Shown: in pieces, positions 26,577-35,347 of the stretch
Layout of the letters: every line of letters begins with the position of its first letter
Numbering within the stretch: the first letter of the stretch is position 1
Source of the DNA: a virus
Taxonomy: Duplodnaviria; Caudoviricetes
DNA length: 55,124 nucleotides
IMG/VR virus record: IMGVR_UViG_3300027747_003429
Span: 1-55,124 of that record
Direction: 5' to 3' (one strand)
Made by a program: the position numbers and the translations under genes
Notes under the pieces: model-generated
Seen by the model: the letters and a program-made list of their open reading frames with translations, nothing else
Told to the model about the DNA's origin: nothing
The model's database searches: none

Positions 26577-28169
26577 TTATCCCTTGATTAACCAATTTAG
26601 TTCTTGATATTTTTTAACTATATCTTCTTTGAATGGATCTAAAGCTTCGTTCCTCTTGTATCCCTGCTGGTCTGGAAGAAGCGTATTGATTTTCGAATTG
26701 GCCTTCATCATAGACGTTAACAACGCTTTTGTATAGGCTGCTTCTCGTTTATTCGCATTCAAAGCCGTATCTCTTACCCAACAGCAAATAGCTATCGACA
26801 TTACCAAGTCATCGTGATAGCCACGCATTGCTTCTGGTCTGCCATTATTCCAAACGAATGTTTCAAGCTCTTGATACAAGCGTCCGGATTTGATATTAAT
26901 TACCTTATTGCGAATAAATTCTTCCATTTTCGCAATAATAAGAGGTCTTGTTTTTGAAGTAGTAGAAAAACCTGGAACAACACCGTTTTGAACTTCTGCT
27001 GTCATAGCTTCTACATATTCGTGACTGCTCTTTGTTGAGTAATACAGATTTGGATAATCCATATCAATTAATTTTTCTAATATATTGTAGCCAACGTTAT
27101 TGTTCTCAACAACCATCAAGGCATTGCCGTATTCTCTGCCAACTGAATTAAGCATCGAGGCAAACATATCAAGAGCCGGCTTTCCTTGGTATTCAGCAAC
27201 CTGTTCCATTGTTTCTAATTTAATAACATGAAATACTGAATTGTCGCCACCATCGCCTCTCGCAACGTCAGCAATAATCATATAAGAATTACCATTTTGT
27301 GGTTCTTCCCATATCCAATAATTTCTATCGAAACCTGTTCGATATTTTGGTTCAAGAATTATTTCTTTAATTGCTGCCATGTTATCTGGGTGAATAACTG
27401 TTTCACCAGACATATTAAATGAACATTCAAATTCTTGAGCAATATCTCTGCGAGACATACTCTTTGTTTGTTCTTTAAACCATTCTGGTGTATTATCTGG
27501 ATGAACATCCCATGGCAATTTTATTGGATAAAAATTGTTTACCTGATTTTCTGCATCAGTATATGTTTTATAAAACCAATTACCAACACCATTTGGTGTT
27601 GAAAGTGCGATACAGCGACCACCGGTTGAAATTGTTGGGAAGATACCTGTCCATAATTCTTCCATGTTTTCAACGTGTGCGGCTTCGTCGATAATTAATA
27701 GAGATAGTGCTTCTGATCGACCAGCATCACTTTTTGATGTGGTTGAAGCTTTAATGTTTGAACCATTTGATAGTTCGAATGAAGTTTGGTTATCAATTGT
27801 TATTTCTGCTATTCTCAACCAATCTGGAATGCTCTTCATCATCTTCTTGACTTTGGCAGCCAAGTTAGCAGCAGTTTTAAATTTGGTTGCCAATACAAGA
27901 ACCGTCTTTTCACGACGGAATAACATTAGCCAAGTCGCATAACCAGCAACGATTGTAGAAATACCAAGCTGACGAGCTTTTAAAATAACATTGAATCTGT
28001 GATCGTTGAAATCAGTCAACAAATCATCTTGATAATCAAATGTTGTAAATGGTATTTGACCCTTCAAAGGGTGTGTAATTTTTACGTAATTTTTTAGGAA
28101 ATAAATTGGATCATTTCCACATTTACGTATTTCGTCTTTGACGGCTTCTTTTGTTAATTTGTATGCCAT
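26577..28169 (-). CDS. terL: Terminase large subunit (T4 gp17-like)
   Basis: KARQLGIST Walker A, LLIIDEAA Walker B, STPNG motif, nuclease acidic residues ADVARG and HDDLV. Confidence 0.95.
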   Translation of the reverse strand: MAYKLTKEAVKDEIRKCGNDPIYFLKNYVKITHPLKGQIPFTTFDYQDDLLTDFNDHRFNVILKARQLGISTIVAGYATWLMLFRREKTVLVLATKFKTAANLAAKVKKMMKSIPDWLRIAEITIDNQTSFELSNGSNIKASTTSKSDAGRSEALSLLIIDEAAHVENMEELWTGIFPTISTGGRCIALSTPNGVGNWFYKTYTDAENQVNNFYPIKLPWDVHPDNTPEWFKEQTKSMSRRDIAQEFECSFNMSGETVIHPDNMAAIKEIILEPKYRTGFDRNYWIWEEPQNGNSYMIIADVARGDGGDNSVFHVIKLETMEQVAEYQGKPALDMFASMLNSVGREYGNALMVVENNNVGYNILEKLIDMDYPNLYYSTKSSHEYVEAMTAEVQNGVVPGFSTTSKTRPLIIAKMEEFIRNKVINIKSGRLYQELETFVWNNGRPEAMRGYHDDLVMSIAICCWVRDTALNANKREAAYTKALLTSMMKANSKINTLLPDQQGYKRNEALDPFKEDIVKKYQELNWLIKG

Positions 28170-28173
28170 AAAA

Positions 28174-28208
28174 TAAAAAACCCAACTAGATTAAATAGTT
28201 GGGTTTTT
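28174..28208 (-). terminator. Terminator-like hairpin overlapping a late promoter motif
   Basis: 13-bp stem AAAAACCCAACTA/TAGTTGGGTTTTT; ACTATTTAAT spans arm and loop. Confidence 0.6.
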
Positions 28209-28228
28209 AGCTTAATTTGGGCTATTTT

Positions 28229-28756
28229 TTATTTCATACCCTGTTTCTTCTTAACATCCATCACACAACTTTCATACTTATCTTTATCTTCTCTTCCAAC
28301 TTGTGCGGTACAGACTGCCCAAGGATTAACTTTTTTTTCACTTAAAGCGGCTGCTATTTCTTCCGCTATCATTTCTTCTAAATTTTCATCATCGCCCAAT
28401 TCAACTTCTTCATCTTCTTCTGCGGCTTCTTCTGGTGCCATCTCTTCACTTTGATCAGCCATTTGGCCTTCAAGGAAGTGCTTAACGTCGCCCATCATTG
28501 CTGCGCATTTTGTAATCTTTGATTGAACCCAAGCTGGGAGTTGGTCGTCGTTTTCGAGCATATCACGAACTTCTTGACCATACTTGGCAATTTTAAACAA
28601 CTCACCACGAGCCATTCCACCTTCTTCGTCTGGTTCACCAAACATGTCTGGTGCTGCCTCTTCTTCCATTCTTGGTGCTTGTGAAGCCATTGCCAAAGCT
28701 TCCATTTCTTCTTTAAGAATCTGCTTAAAGCGTTCTTCTGTTATTTTAATTTTCAT
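28229..28756 (-). CDS. Acidic hypothetical protein, possible internal head protein
   Basis: MKIKITEERFKQILKEE leader; EGGMARGEL...LPAWVQSKIT domain; NPWAVCT..VG C-terminal motif. Confidence 0.6.
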   Translation of the reverse strand: MKIKITEERFKQILKEEMEALAMASQAPRMEEEAAPDMFGEPDEEGGMARGELFKIAKYGQEVRDMLENDDQLPAWVQSKITKCAAMMGDVKHFLEGQMADQSEEMAPEEAAEEDEEVELGDDENLEEMIAEEIAAALSEKKVNPWAVCTAQVGREDKDKYESCVMDVKKKQGMK

Positions 28757-29337
28757 TTCTTTTCCTCCGACTTTTCCTTTTTACGGGTATCGTTTTGTGG
28801 TCTTTTGACGCCGGGGAATTCATCTTTATCAATAGCTAACATTTTATCAGCTTTTTTATCGAAAGCTTTCTTTATGCTGTCTTCTTCTTCTTTTGGATCT
28901 TCCATTGAGCTAATTTCATAATGGCAAATACCTTTTAAGTTGGTGCGGACCATTGAAACTGCTTCTACTTCATACTGGGTCTTGCCTTTCATTTTTAATG
29001 TCAAGGTAGAACCAGTAACTTTCTTAAATTCTTTCTTTAAATAAGCAACTATTTCTTGAATTCTGCCTTCAATTTCTTCTTCTAGCTTATTTTCTAATGC
29101 GGCCAACTTGTGTTTAGCCATCATTTGTAGATGATAGGTCACGCACAACATATTTGGACCAGTTACTTTGACAGTAAAGCCGTCAATTGTGCGCATGGTG
29201 CGAGGATCAAGAATTTCACTTTCCCGATCTAAACCGGTTTTTAGTGGTTTACCATCACTATCCTTAGCACCGTCATAAGCATTAGCGGTTGCCTGCTTAA
29301 TGCCTTTTACTAATTCTTCAACAGATATAGTTGCCAT
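28753..29337 (-). CDS. Hypothetical protein
   Basis: 194-aa ORF, GGAG SD, coupled to neighbours. Confidence 0.65.
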   Translation of the reverse strand: MATISVEELVKGIKQATANAYDGAKDSDGKPLKTGLDRESEILDPRTMRTIDGFTVKVTGPNMLCVTYHLQMMAKHKLAALENKLEEEIEGRIQEIVAYLKKEFKKVTGSTLTLKMKGKTQYEVEAVSMVRTNLKGICHYEISSMEDPKEEEDSIKKAFDKKADKMLAIDKDEFPGVKRPQNDTRKKEKSEEKK

Positions 29338-29344
29338 TTAAAGA

Positions 29345-29551
29345 TCACTCCCCTTTTCTAGCTTCTTTTACTTCTGAAACTAGTTTACGAACGTCTTTTA
29401 GCTTTGCGATGGCTTCTTGTGCTTTTTTACGAACACGAACACCAGCTGAAGCATTGCCGTTATCGAATTTTTCTGCATCACGTAGTGATAATTCTAGTTC
29501 TTTTACTAATTCTGCTAGCATTTCACTTACTTTTTTGAGGTCGCCACCCAT
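29345..29551 (-). CDS. Histone H1-like (Hc1-family) small DNA-binding protein
   Basis: DAEKFDNGNASAGVRVRK...K..RK helical-hairpin motif typical of short Hc1-like proteins. Confidence 0.6.
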   Translation of the reverse strand: MGGDLKKVSEMLAELVKELELSLRDAEKFDNGNASAGVRVRKKAQEAIAKLKDVRKLVSEVKEARKGE

Positions 29552-29912
29552 TTTTCCATCTCTCCTCTCTGTCTTCTACGTATTGTAAATAACAATCATA
29601 GCAACAGTCAAATTTCAATAAGTATAAATCATCCTTTGCGTTAAGTAAATACTTTTCACAAACAGAACAATTTTTATTATTCTTCTTGTTAACTAGTTTT
29701 TTTGAAATTAAAAATCCATCTTTTTCTACTTTATCTTCATTTTCTTCAACTTTAAATAGCTTTTGAGCATTTTCTTTTGCTTGTTCTTGGTATTCCTTCT
29801 CTTTTTCTGGTGTCCAATCCCGTCTTGGATTAGCAATTGCCTCTTCACCGTATTGTTTTTTAATTGCTTGTTCTAGTTTACCAAGATATTCAATACTTTT
29901 TTTCGGTTCCAT
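29523..29912 (-). CDS. Hypothetical protein with putative zinc finger
   Basis: CSVC...CCYDC; ends WKNGWRP. Confidence 0.6.
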   Translation of the reverse strand: MEPKKSIEYLGKLEQAIKKQYGEEAIANPRRDWTPEKEKEYQEQAKENAQKLFKVEENEDKVEKDGFLISKKLVNKKNNKNCSVCEKYLLNAKDDLYLLKFDCCYDCYLQYVEDREERWKNGWRPQKSK

Positions 29913-30935
29913 CTATTTCTCCACAAACGGATTTAAATCCTCTGTTAGATAGAGGATCGCATCTACTGTTATTACAGGACTGCCCAACTTGTTAAACGGT
30001 AAATTAACTGCCGCACCAACCGCAAAATTTGTTTTTACTGCTGGTGGAACAAAATGGTAATCCAATCCAATACCAAGTCTTGAATTTTGTAGACTACCAC
30101 CCAATGGATCTGAAACATCTGCTGATACTTTGCCATATATTCCAATGTTAGTATAGTCAACGTATCTACCTAAATTAGCTACTTCAAAACCAATTCCTGG
30201 CTGTAAAGCAATATCAAACGTTGCCAATGGTCTAAAAGTAAACACATCAATTAATTTTTTCTGTTTCTCTTCTAATTTCTCGTTCACATAATCAAACTTA
30301 CTTTCAACAATCGAAACAGCCGAATCTTTAATCGGCTGTCCATCTTTTGTTACTTCTTCAACGGTCACTCTTCTTACTTGAAGGTTCCCAGTTTTATCTT
30401 TAAAGACTTCGCCTTTAACTTTTATATTTTGAGAATAGGTAAAGGTTTCATTGTTTTGAACAAAGATATCTGGATCTTCCAGATGAAACCTTTTTAGTGT
30501 ATCTTGCCAATGATATTCGATGGAGAGCTGTTTGTTTGGTGGTAGACCGGGACAAGCTACAACCGTTCCTGTCCCTGAACTACCGCCTTCTGTTTTACCC
30601 TGTAAATTGGCAATTAGTCTATCTTTACTTCTTATCTCTAATTTATATTTCTCTCGTTCTTTCTCAAAATCTGCGTCTTTCTTTGTTAATTCACTTTTAT
30701 ATTGTTCCGTAAGAGCCTTCTGGCTGGTTAATTCGGAGTCAGCCAATCCCAAATCTTCATTTAGTGACTGAATGTCTAATTGATGATTTTTGTTTGTAGC
30801 TTCTAGTTGTAGTGATAACGAATGAACTTTCTTTTCTTGCTCCGATAAAGCCGTTGCCAAAAATAATAAAAAAAGAGCCATAATAAAAAAGACGCTAACA
30901 GCAAATAAAGCATATAATCTCTTATTTTTTTCCAT
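29913..30935 (-). CDS. Membrane-anchored coiled-coil protein, spanin-like candidate
   Basis: Start likely ATG 30935 (GGTGGAG SD); basic N-terminus, TM helix, ~85-aa coiled coil, beta-rich C-terminus; follows a holin-like gene. Confidence 0.45.
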   Translation of the reverse strand: MEKNKRLYALFAVSVFFIMALFLLFLATALSEQEKKVHSLSLQLEATNKNHQLDIQSLNEDLGLADSELTSQKALTEQYKSELTKKDADFEKEREKYKLEIRSKDRLIANLQGKTEGGSSGTGTVVACPGLPPNKQLSIEYHWQDTLKRFHLEDPDIFVQNNETFTYSQNIKVKGEVFKDKTGNLQVRRVTVEEVTKDGQPIKDSAVSIVESKFDYVNEKLEEKQKKLIDVFTFRPLATFDIALQPGIGFEVANLGRYVDYTNIGIYGKVSADVSDPLGGSLQNSRLGIGLDYHFVPPAVKTNFAVGAAVNLPFNKLGSPVITVDAILYLTEDLNPFVEK

Positions 30936-30952
30936 ATTTCTCCACCTGTTCA

Positions 30953-31186
30953 TTACTGAATATTACCGGTACCACTTTTTACCCTTGTATATTGTAGTAT
31001 AAAATCCATCGCAGCCTGTGAGCCCAAATAGACCATACTCATTTGAACCCACTGTTCACCTGTAATAAAACCAAGAGGAACACCGGCAGTAGCAAATGCC
31101 CAAACAAGAAGTTTTCTGCTAATCATCTTGTTTAAACCCCTATCTATAAGGGTATTTTTTAATTCTTGTCTACGTATTTTTGTCAT
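30953..31186 (-). CDS. Holin-like small membrane protein
   Basis: 77 aa, SRKLLVWAFAT...W......YLGSQ two-TM pattern. Confidence 0.5.
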   Translation of the reverse strand: MTKIRRQELKNTLIDRGLNKMISRKLLVWAFATAGVPLGFITGEQWVQMSMVYLGSQAAMDFILQYTRVKSGTGNIQ

Positions 31187-31193
31187 ATTAACC

Positions 31194-33791
31194 TCAAATA
31201 TTCACCTTGGCAAAACCGCCAGATGATTCAATAATTATCTGTTCATCAACAATGTCTTTTAGGGCATCCAAGTGCGAAATAAGGATAATTGCTTTGAACT
31301 GATTCTTAATCATATCAATAATTCTTACGAAACCTTCCATGTTTTCTTCGTCAAGAGCTGTTGCTGGTTCATCCAATACGAACAAATCACCAACTGGCAA
31401 ATTACTGACTTTGATTAGTGCCAAACGAATTGCGATAGCAGCGATGCTCTTTTCTGCTCCCGAACCCAATTCAATTGGTCTTGGATCATATTTTGGATGA
31501 CGAATATAGATATCCAGTTTCTTGCCATCGTCCTCGAAAAAGATCTCAAAGTTAACAATGTTGGATAGAATTTTGGCAATCTCTTGATTGATAACTGGAA
31601 GTCTTTTCTTGATAATGTCATAAACAATACCGTTGCTATGCATCGTCTTCAAGAACAGATCATAAGCAAGAAACTCATCACGTAAATTAGCTAATTCAAC
31701 CTTTTCACGTTCAAGAGTTTCTTTTTTATTTACCAATGAACCATGTTCACGATAAAGTTTTTGACTATCACTTTCACAGCCTTCTAGAACAGTTTGAGCA
31801 AGAATAATTTTTGAATTAATATCCTTTTGTTGCTCTTTGATTTGTAATAATTGATTCATCCAAGCTTCATTTTCTTGATAAACTTTCTGTAAGTTTTCCA
31901 ATTCTAAAAGCTGTTGTTGGCAAGAATTGATTGTGTTCTTACCTTTTTCCATTTTTAGATTGAAATCTGAAATTTCTTTGTCAAGAAGATGAAGACTTGA
32001 ATTTAATTGTTCAAACTTATTGATGTGTTTTAAGGTTTGATCATTCCTGACCTTCTCTTCAACTTCTTTTAAGAGTGTTTCATTCTGTAATAATTCTTTT
32101 TCTGTCTCGGGAACAAGTTCACGCTCTTTTGCAGCGTCAACAAGAAACCGACAAGAAAGGAATTCATCACCACAAGGAACATTATCAAGAATAGAAATCT
32201 TTTTCTGTTGTTCTTTTTGCTGTTTCTGCAGCATTTTAACAGCAGATTCCAAAAGAACAGCATTCTTATTTAATTTTTCTAGTTCTTTTTTATCGTTTTT
32301 TAGTTTCTCAAAGTCATATTTTGATAAAGCTTCATTTAGTTGAAGCAGAACAGGCTGACGCTTATCGATCTCTTTCTGAAATTCACCGTTCTTATTCTTA
32401 ACTGTAACAATTTCTTGCTGTTTTACTTGAATATCCTTTTGAACTTTATTGATATCAATAAATTCCTGTTTTGGACCAGCAGCAATTTTAGCTTTTAGCT
32501 CTGAAAGACTGATTTGGTGATTATGCAAATCATCTTTCAATTCTAAACATTTACTTTTGTTGCGTTCTGTAAGAATTTCATTATCAATAATGTCTGTTAA
32601 TGTTTTCGAGATTTCAGCATCAAAATCCTTGCCTTCCAAACGCTTGATTGCGCCCTTCAAAAGAGCACTTTCATCTTTGGCAAGTTTGAATTTCTTATCA
32701 AAGTGTTCTAAATCAAGGAACTTACCAAGAATTTCTTTACGCTTTGTTGAACCTTCATTAATAAATGCTAATGAACCAACCTGACTTGTCATTGAGGTTA
32801 AGAGGAAATCATCAATAGAACCAAAAACACGACGAATGTTTGCGTCAGTTTCGTTTCTATCTAGACCATTCAAACTTTCTTTTTCGCCAGTAGCGTTATC
32901 TACTGAACTAAAATCAAGTGAAGTTTTTGCTTCAACTGTTTCTTCACCATACAACTTCTTGGTGTATTTCTTTGCTTCACGAACAATCTTATATGTCTTG
33001 TTATCAATTTCAATTTCTACACAACCAGAAGCTTCTTCGCGGTTTTGGTTGATAATATCAACATTCTTACGAACGTTCTTTGAAATAGAATTGAAAATTG
33101 TCCATAGAATAGAATCAACTACACTGGATTTACCACTGTAATTCTTGCCAAAGATACCGAGAACACCATTAACGTTTGAAAAGTCAACAGAGTTATCTGT
33201 TCCGTAATTAAACAGATTGTTCCATTCGACCTTCTTCAATTTCCAATGAACGTTACGAGCAACATCATCACTTTGCTCCGCAAGTGTATTGTATTTACGG
33301 TTGAATTCAAATACCTTTTGAAGAACAGTTTCATTTAGCTTATAATCTTTAAGATATTCACCAATAAGCTTTTCCTGAGTTGCGATATCACGAAGGTTTT
33401 CGTGCTCAACTTCATTTGAAAGTTCTTCAACTGAAATGCGCTTTCCCGGCTTGTTCTGGACCGTTACTGATTCGGGTTTAAATCGATTTTTAGCGATATC
33501 TACGGATTTTTTGAGTGCTTGTAGGGAAATATGATTATTCGAAACCAGACGCAATTTAGCGCCTTCCTGAACATCAATATTCTCCGGTAAATTACCATCC
33601 GATTCCAACTCAATTGTAATAAATGGAGATGGATGAGGGATAGAGATATGTTCTACTGAAAATGCATCTTTATCCTGGATGTTCCAAATTAGGAAACCTT
33701 TATCGTTTGTTTCACCAAAGTTCTGTTGTACGGTACTTCCAGGATAAATCGCGCGATGTAGTTTCTTTTTAATTTTAATCTTTTTTTTCAT
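31194..33791 (-). CDS. sbcC: SbcD(Mre11/gp47) C-terminal part fused to SbcC(Rad50/gp46) ATPase
   Basis: N-terminal YPGSTVQQNFGE..KGF (end of the phosphoesterase fold), Walker A GKNYSGKSS, coiled coil with central PCGDEFLSC, signature GSGAEK, Walker B FVLDEP, ISH. Confidence 0.88.
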   Translation of the reverse strand: MKKKIKIKKKLHRAIYPGSTVQQNFGETNDKGFLIWNIQDKDAFSVEHISIPHPSPFITIELESDGNLPENIDVQEGAKLRLVSNNHISLQALKKSVDIAKNRFKPESVTVQNKPGKRISVEELSNEVEHENLRDIATQEKLIGEYLKDYKLNETVLQKVFEFNRKYNTLAEQSDDVARNVHWKLKKVEWNNLFNYGTDNSVDFSNVNGVLGIFGKNYSGKSSVVDSILWTIFNSISKNVRKNVDIINQNREEASGCVEIEIDNKTYKIVREAKKYTKKLYGEETVEAKTSLDFSSVDNATGEKESLNGLDRNETDANIRRVFGSIDDFLLTSMTSQVGSLAFINEGSTKRKEILGKFLDLEHFDKKFKLAKDESALLKGAIKRLEGKDFDAEISKTLTDIIDNEILTERNKSKCLELKDDLHNHQISLSELKAKIAAGPKQEFIDINKVQKDIQVKQQEIVTVKNKNGEFQKEIDKRQPVLLQLNEALSKYDFEKLKNDKKELEKLNKNAVLLESAVKMLQKQQKEQQKKISILDNVPCGDEFLSCRFLVDAAKERELVPETEKELLQNETLLKEVEEKVRNDQTLKHINKFEQLNSSLHLLDKEISDFNLKMEKGKNTINSCQQQLLELENLQKVYQENEAWMNQLLQIKEQQKDINSKIILAQTVLEGCESDSQKLYREHGSLVNKKETLEREKVELANLRDEFLAYDLFLKTMHSNGIVYDIIKKRLPVINQEIAKILSNIVNFEIFFEDDGKKLDIYIRHPKYDPRPIELGSGAEKSIAAIAIRLALIKVSNLPVGDLFVLDEPATALDEENMEGFVRIIDMIKNQFKAIILISHLDALKDIVDEQIIIESSGGFAKVNI

Positions 33792-34635
33792 ATTTTGAGC
33801 CTTTGGCTAAATTTTCTTCCCAAGGTATAAACCTTAAATTACTAATGTCACCTATTACTTCTGGTGGAATATCGTTTAATAGACCATATGAAACAGGTAT
33901 TATATGGTCTAAATGATAAGCACTTTCATCACCTGTCTTACCTCTTTTATCAGAATTTTCTAAAAGATGTAATGGCTGACTCTCGCTTATTCTTCTAACT
34001 TCTTTATAATATTTTTCTTTCTGTGAAAGCTTATTTTGGTATTCTTCGTATGATATACCTAACATCGTTTCTATTAGAGTTATTCTTCTTTTCTCTATTG
34101 TTTCTTTATCTATTGCTTCTAATGCTATTTGATAAGATGTTTTACCATATTTTTCTATACATATTTTTTCACATTCATCTCTATATGTTTGAGAGGAAAA
34201 AGGATGCTCTGTTCCATACTTTTCTAAACTAAATTTTTTTATACTTTCTTTTCTCTTTTTATCGGCCTCAGGATCGTGTCCTACGGGATGTTCTAGGGAT
34301 TTAGAAGCCTCTTGTCTTGAAAAAAGAACTTTTTCCGCATATTCAATATTTTTCCATTTATTTTTCATAATAATAGACATTTTATTTTTCCATTCTTCTG
34401 TATGGAAAGAACAATTTGTATTGCCTATCATCAGATTTTTTTTATCTTCATCAACACATTTACGAGAGCAATATTTGTTTTTTTTTGTTTTTCTAATAAA
34501 AAAAGGATTTTTACAAAATATACAAATTCTTTCATCTCTATCGATTTTTGGTTTTTTATAACCAATATGTTGGCATTTTTCGGAACAATAAATTTTATTT
34601 TTAGTTTCTACTTTACAAATTTTACAAATATTCAT
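33775..34635 (-). mobile_element. Free-standing HNH homing endonuclease gene inserted in sbcD
   Basis: Two CxxC...YCSxxC Zn modules, NUMOD3-like HTEEWKNKMS, KYG repeats, C-terminal HLDHIIP...NL...EN..KG; visibly more AT-rich than flanks; separates the two halves of SbcD. Confidence 0.8.
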
Positions 34636-34690
34636 CTTCTCTCCATATCTGCTGTATTATAAGTAGTAAATACGAAGAGAAAAATATCTA
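34625..34690 (-). promoter_or_regulatory. RBS-sequestering hairpin with late promoter in its loop (HNH gene control)
   Basis: TAGATATT-TTTCTCTTCGTATTT pairs with AGATATGGAGAGAAG-(ATG bulge)-AATATTTG; loop holds ACTACTTATA. Confidence 0.7.
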
Positions 34691-35347
34691 TTCTTGTACA
34701 ATTTCCCAGCCATTTTTTAAGTATTTTTGAAGTTTTTCTTCTTCTACTTCCAATATTACTTCTTGTGCTTCGTCTACTCCCTGATTTGTTTTATGGATAT
34801 CACCAAGAAAACAATAATCAAAGCCTTCAAAAATAGAAACATCGTGATCACCGTGATCCATAACGTATCCCATGTCTGTTTGAACACCAGATACAGAGCC
34901 GTGATAAAGGGCAATATTAATGTTGCTTGGATCACTAATTTTCTCCCAATTTCCTTCATCAAAGATAGAAAGGACATTAAGAGTAATTTTATCATTAATT
35001 GATACTTCACCTGAATCTTTTAATAGATGAAGATTGTTGTGCTGTAGTGCCTGAACAATTGGTGTAATAGCATCCTGACGACCACCATTTTTAAGGTTGC
35101 CGTCGTGATTTCCCAACAGAACATATGTTGGAGCAATATCTGCTAGATTCTTCAAAAACTCCGTTGCTAGTTCAAAGAATTCTGGGCTTAATTGTGTTTT
35201 AGTGTGTGCGATATCACCACAATGAACAATATAATCTACTTTTTGTTCACGTAATGAATCATAAATTTTTGAGAAGATTTCACGATATTCTTTGTGAAAT
35301 TTTAGGTTTCGAATATGTGTGTCACTTAGATGTGCGATTTTAATCAT
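34688..35347 (-). CDS. sbcD: SbcD/Mre11 (gp47-like) metallophosphoesterase, N-terminal part
   Basis: SDTH, GDIAH, GNHD, LYHG, GDIH motifs; stops before the YPGS motif, which starts the downstream-expressed ORF. Confidence 0.88.
   Translation of the reverse strand: MIKIAHLSDTHIRNLKFHKEYREIFSKIYDSLREQKVDYIVHCGDIAHTKTQLSPEFFELATEFLKNLADIAPTYVLLGNHDGNLKNGGRQDAITPIVQALQHNNLHLLKDSGEVSINDKITLNVLSIFDEGNWEKISDPSNINIALYHGSVSGVQTDMGYVMDHGDHDVSIFEGFDYCFLGDIHKTNQGVDEAQEVILEVEEEKLQKYLKNGWEIVQE

Noticed and set aside
33775-34771. Group I or II intron interrupting sbcD
   Set aside because: Only 52 non-coding nt, fully used by the RBS hairpin; no recognisable intron core; the second half has its own ATG. 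Not formally excluded without RT-PCR.
33750-34780. Functional split intein in sbcD
   Set aside because: Tails are far too short and lack Cys/Ser1, block B TxxH and terminal His-Asn plus Cys/Ser/Thr.
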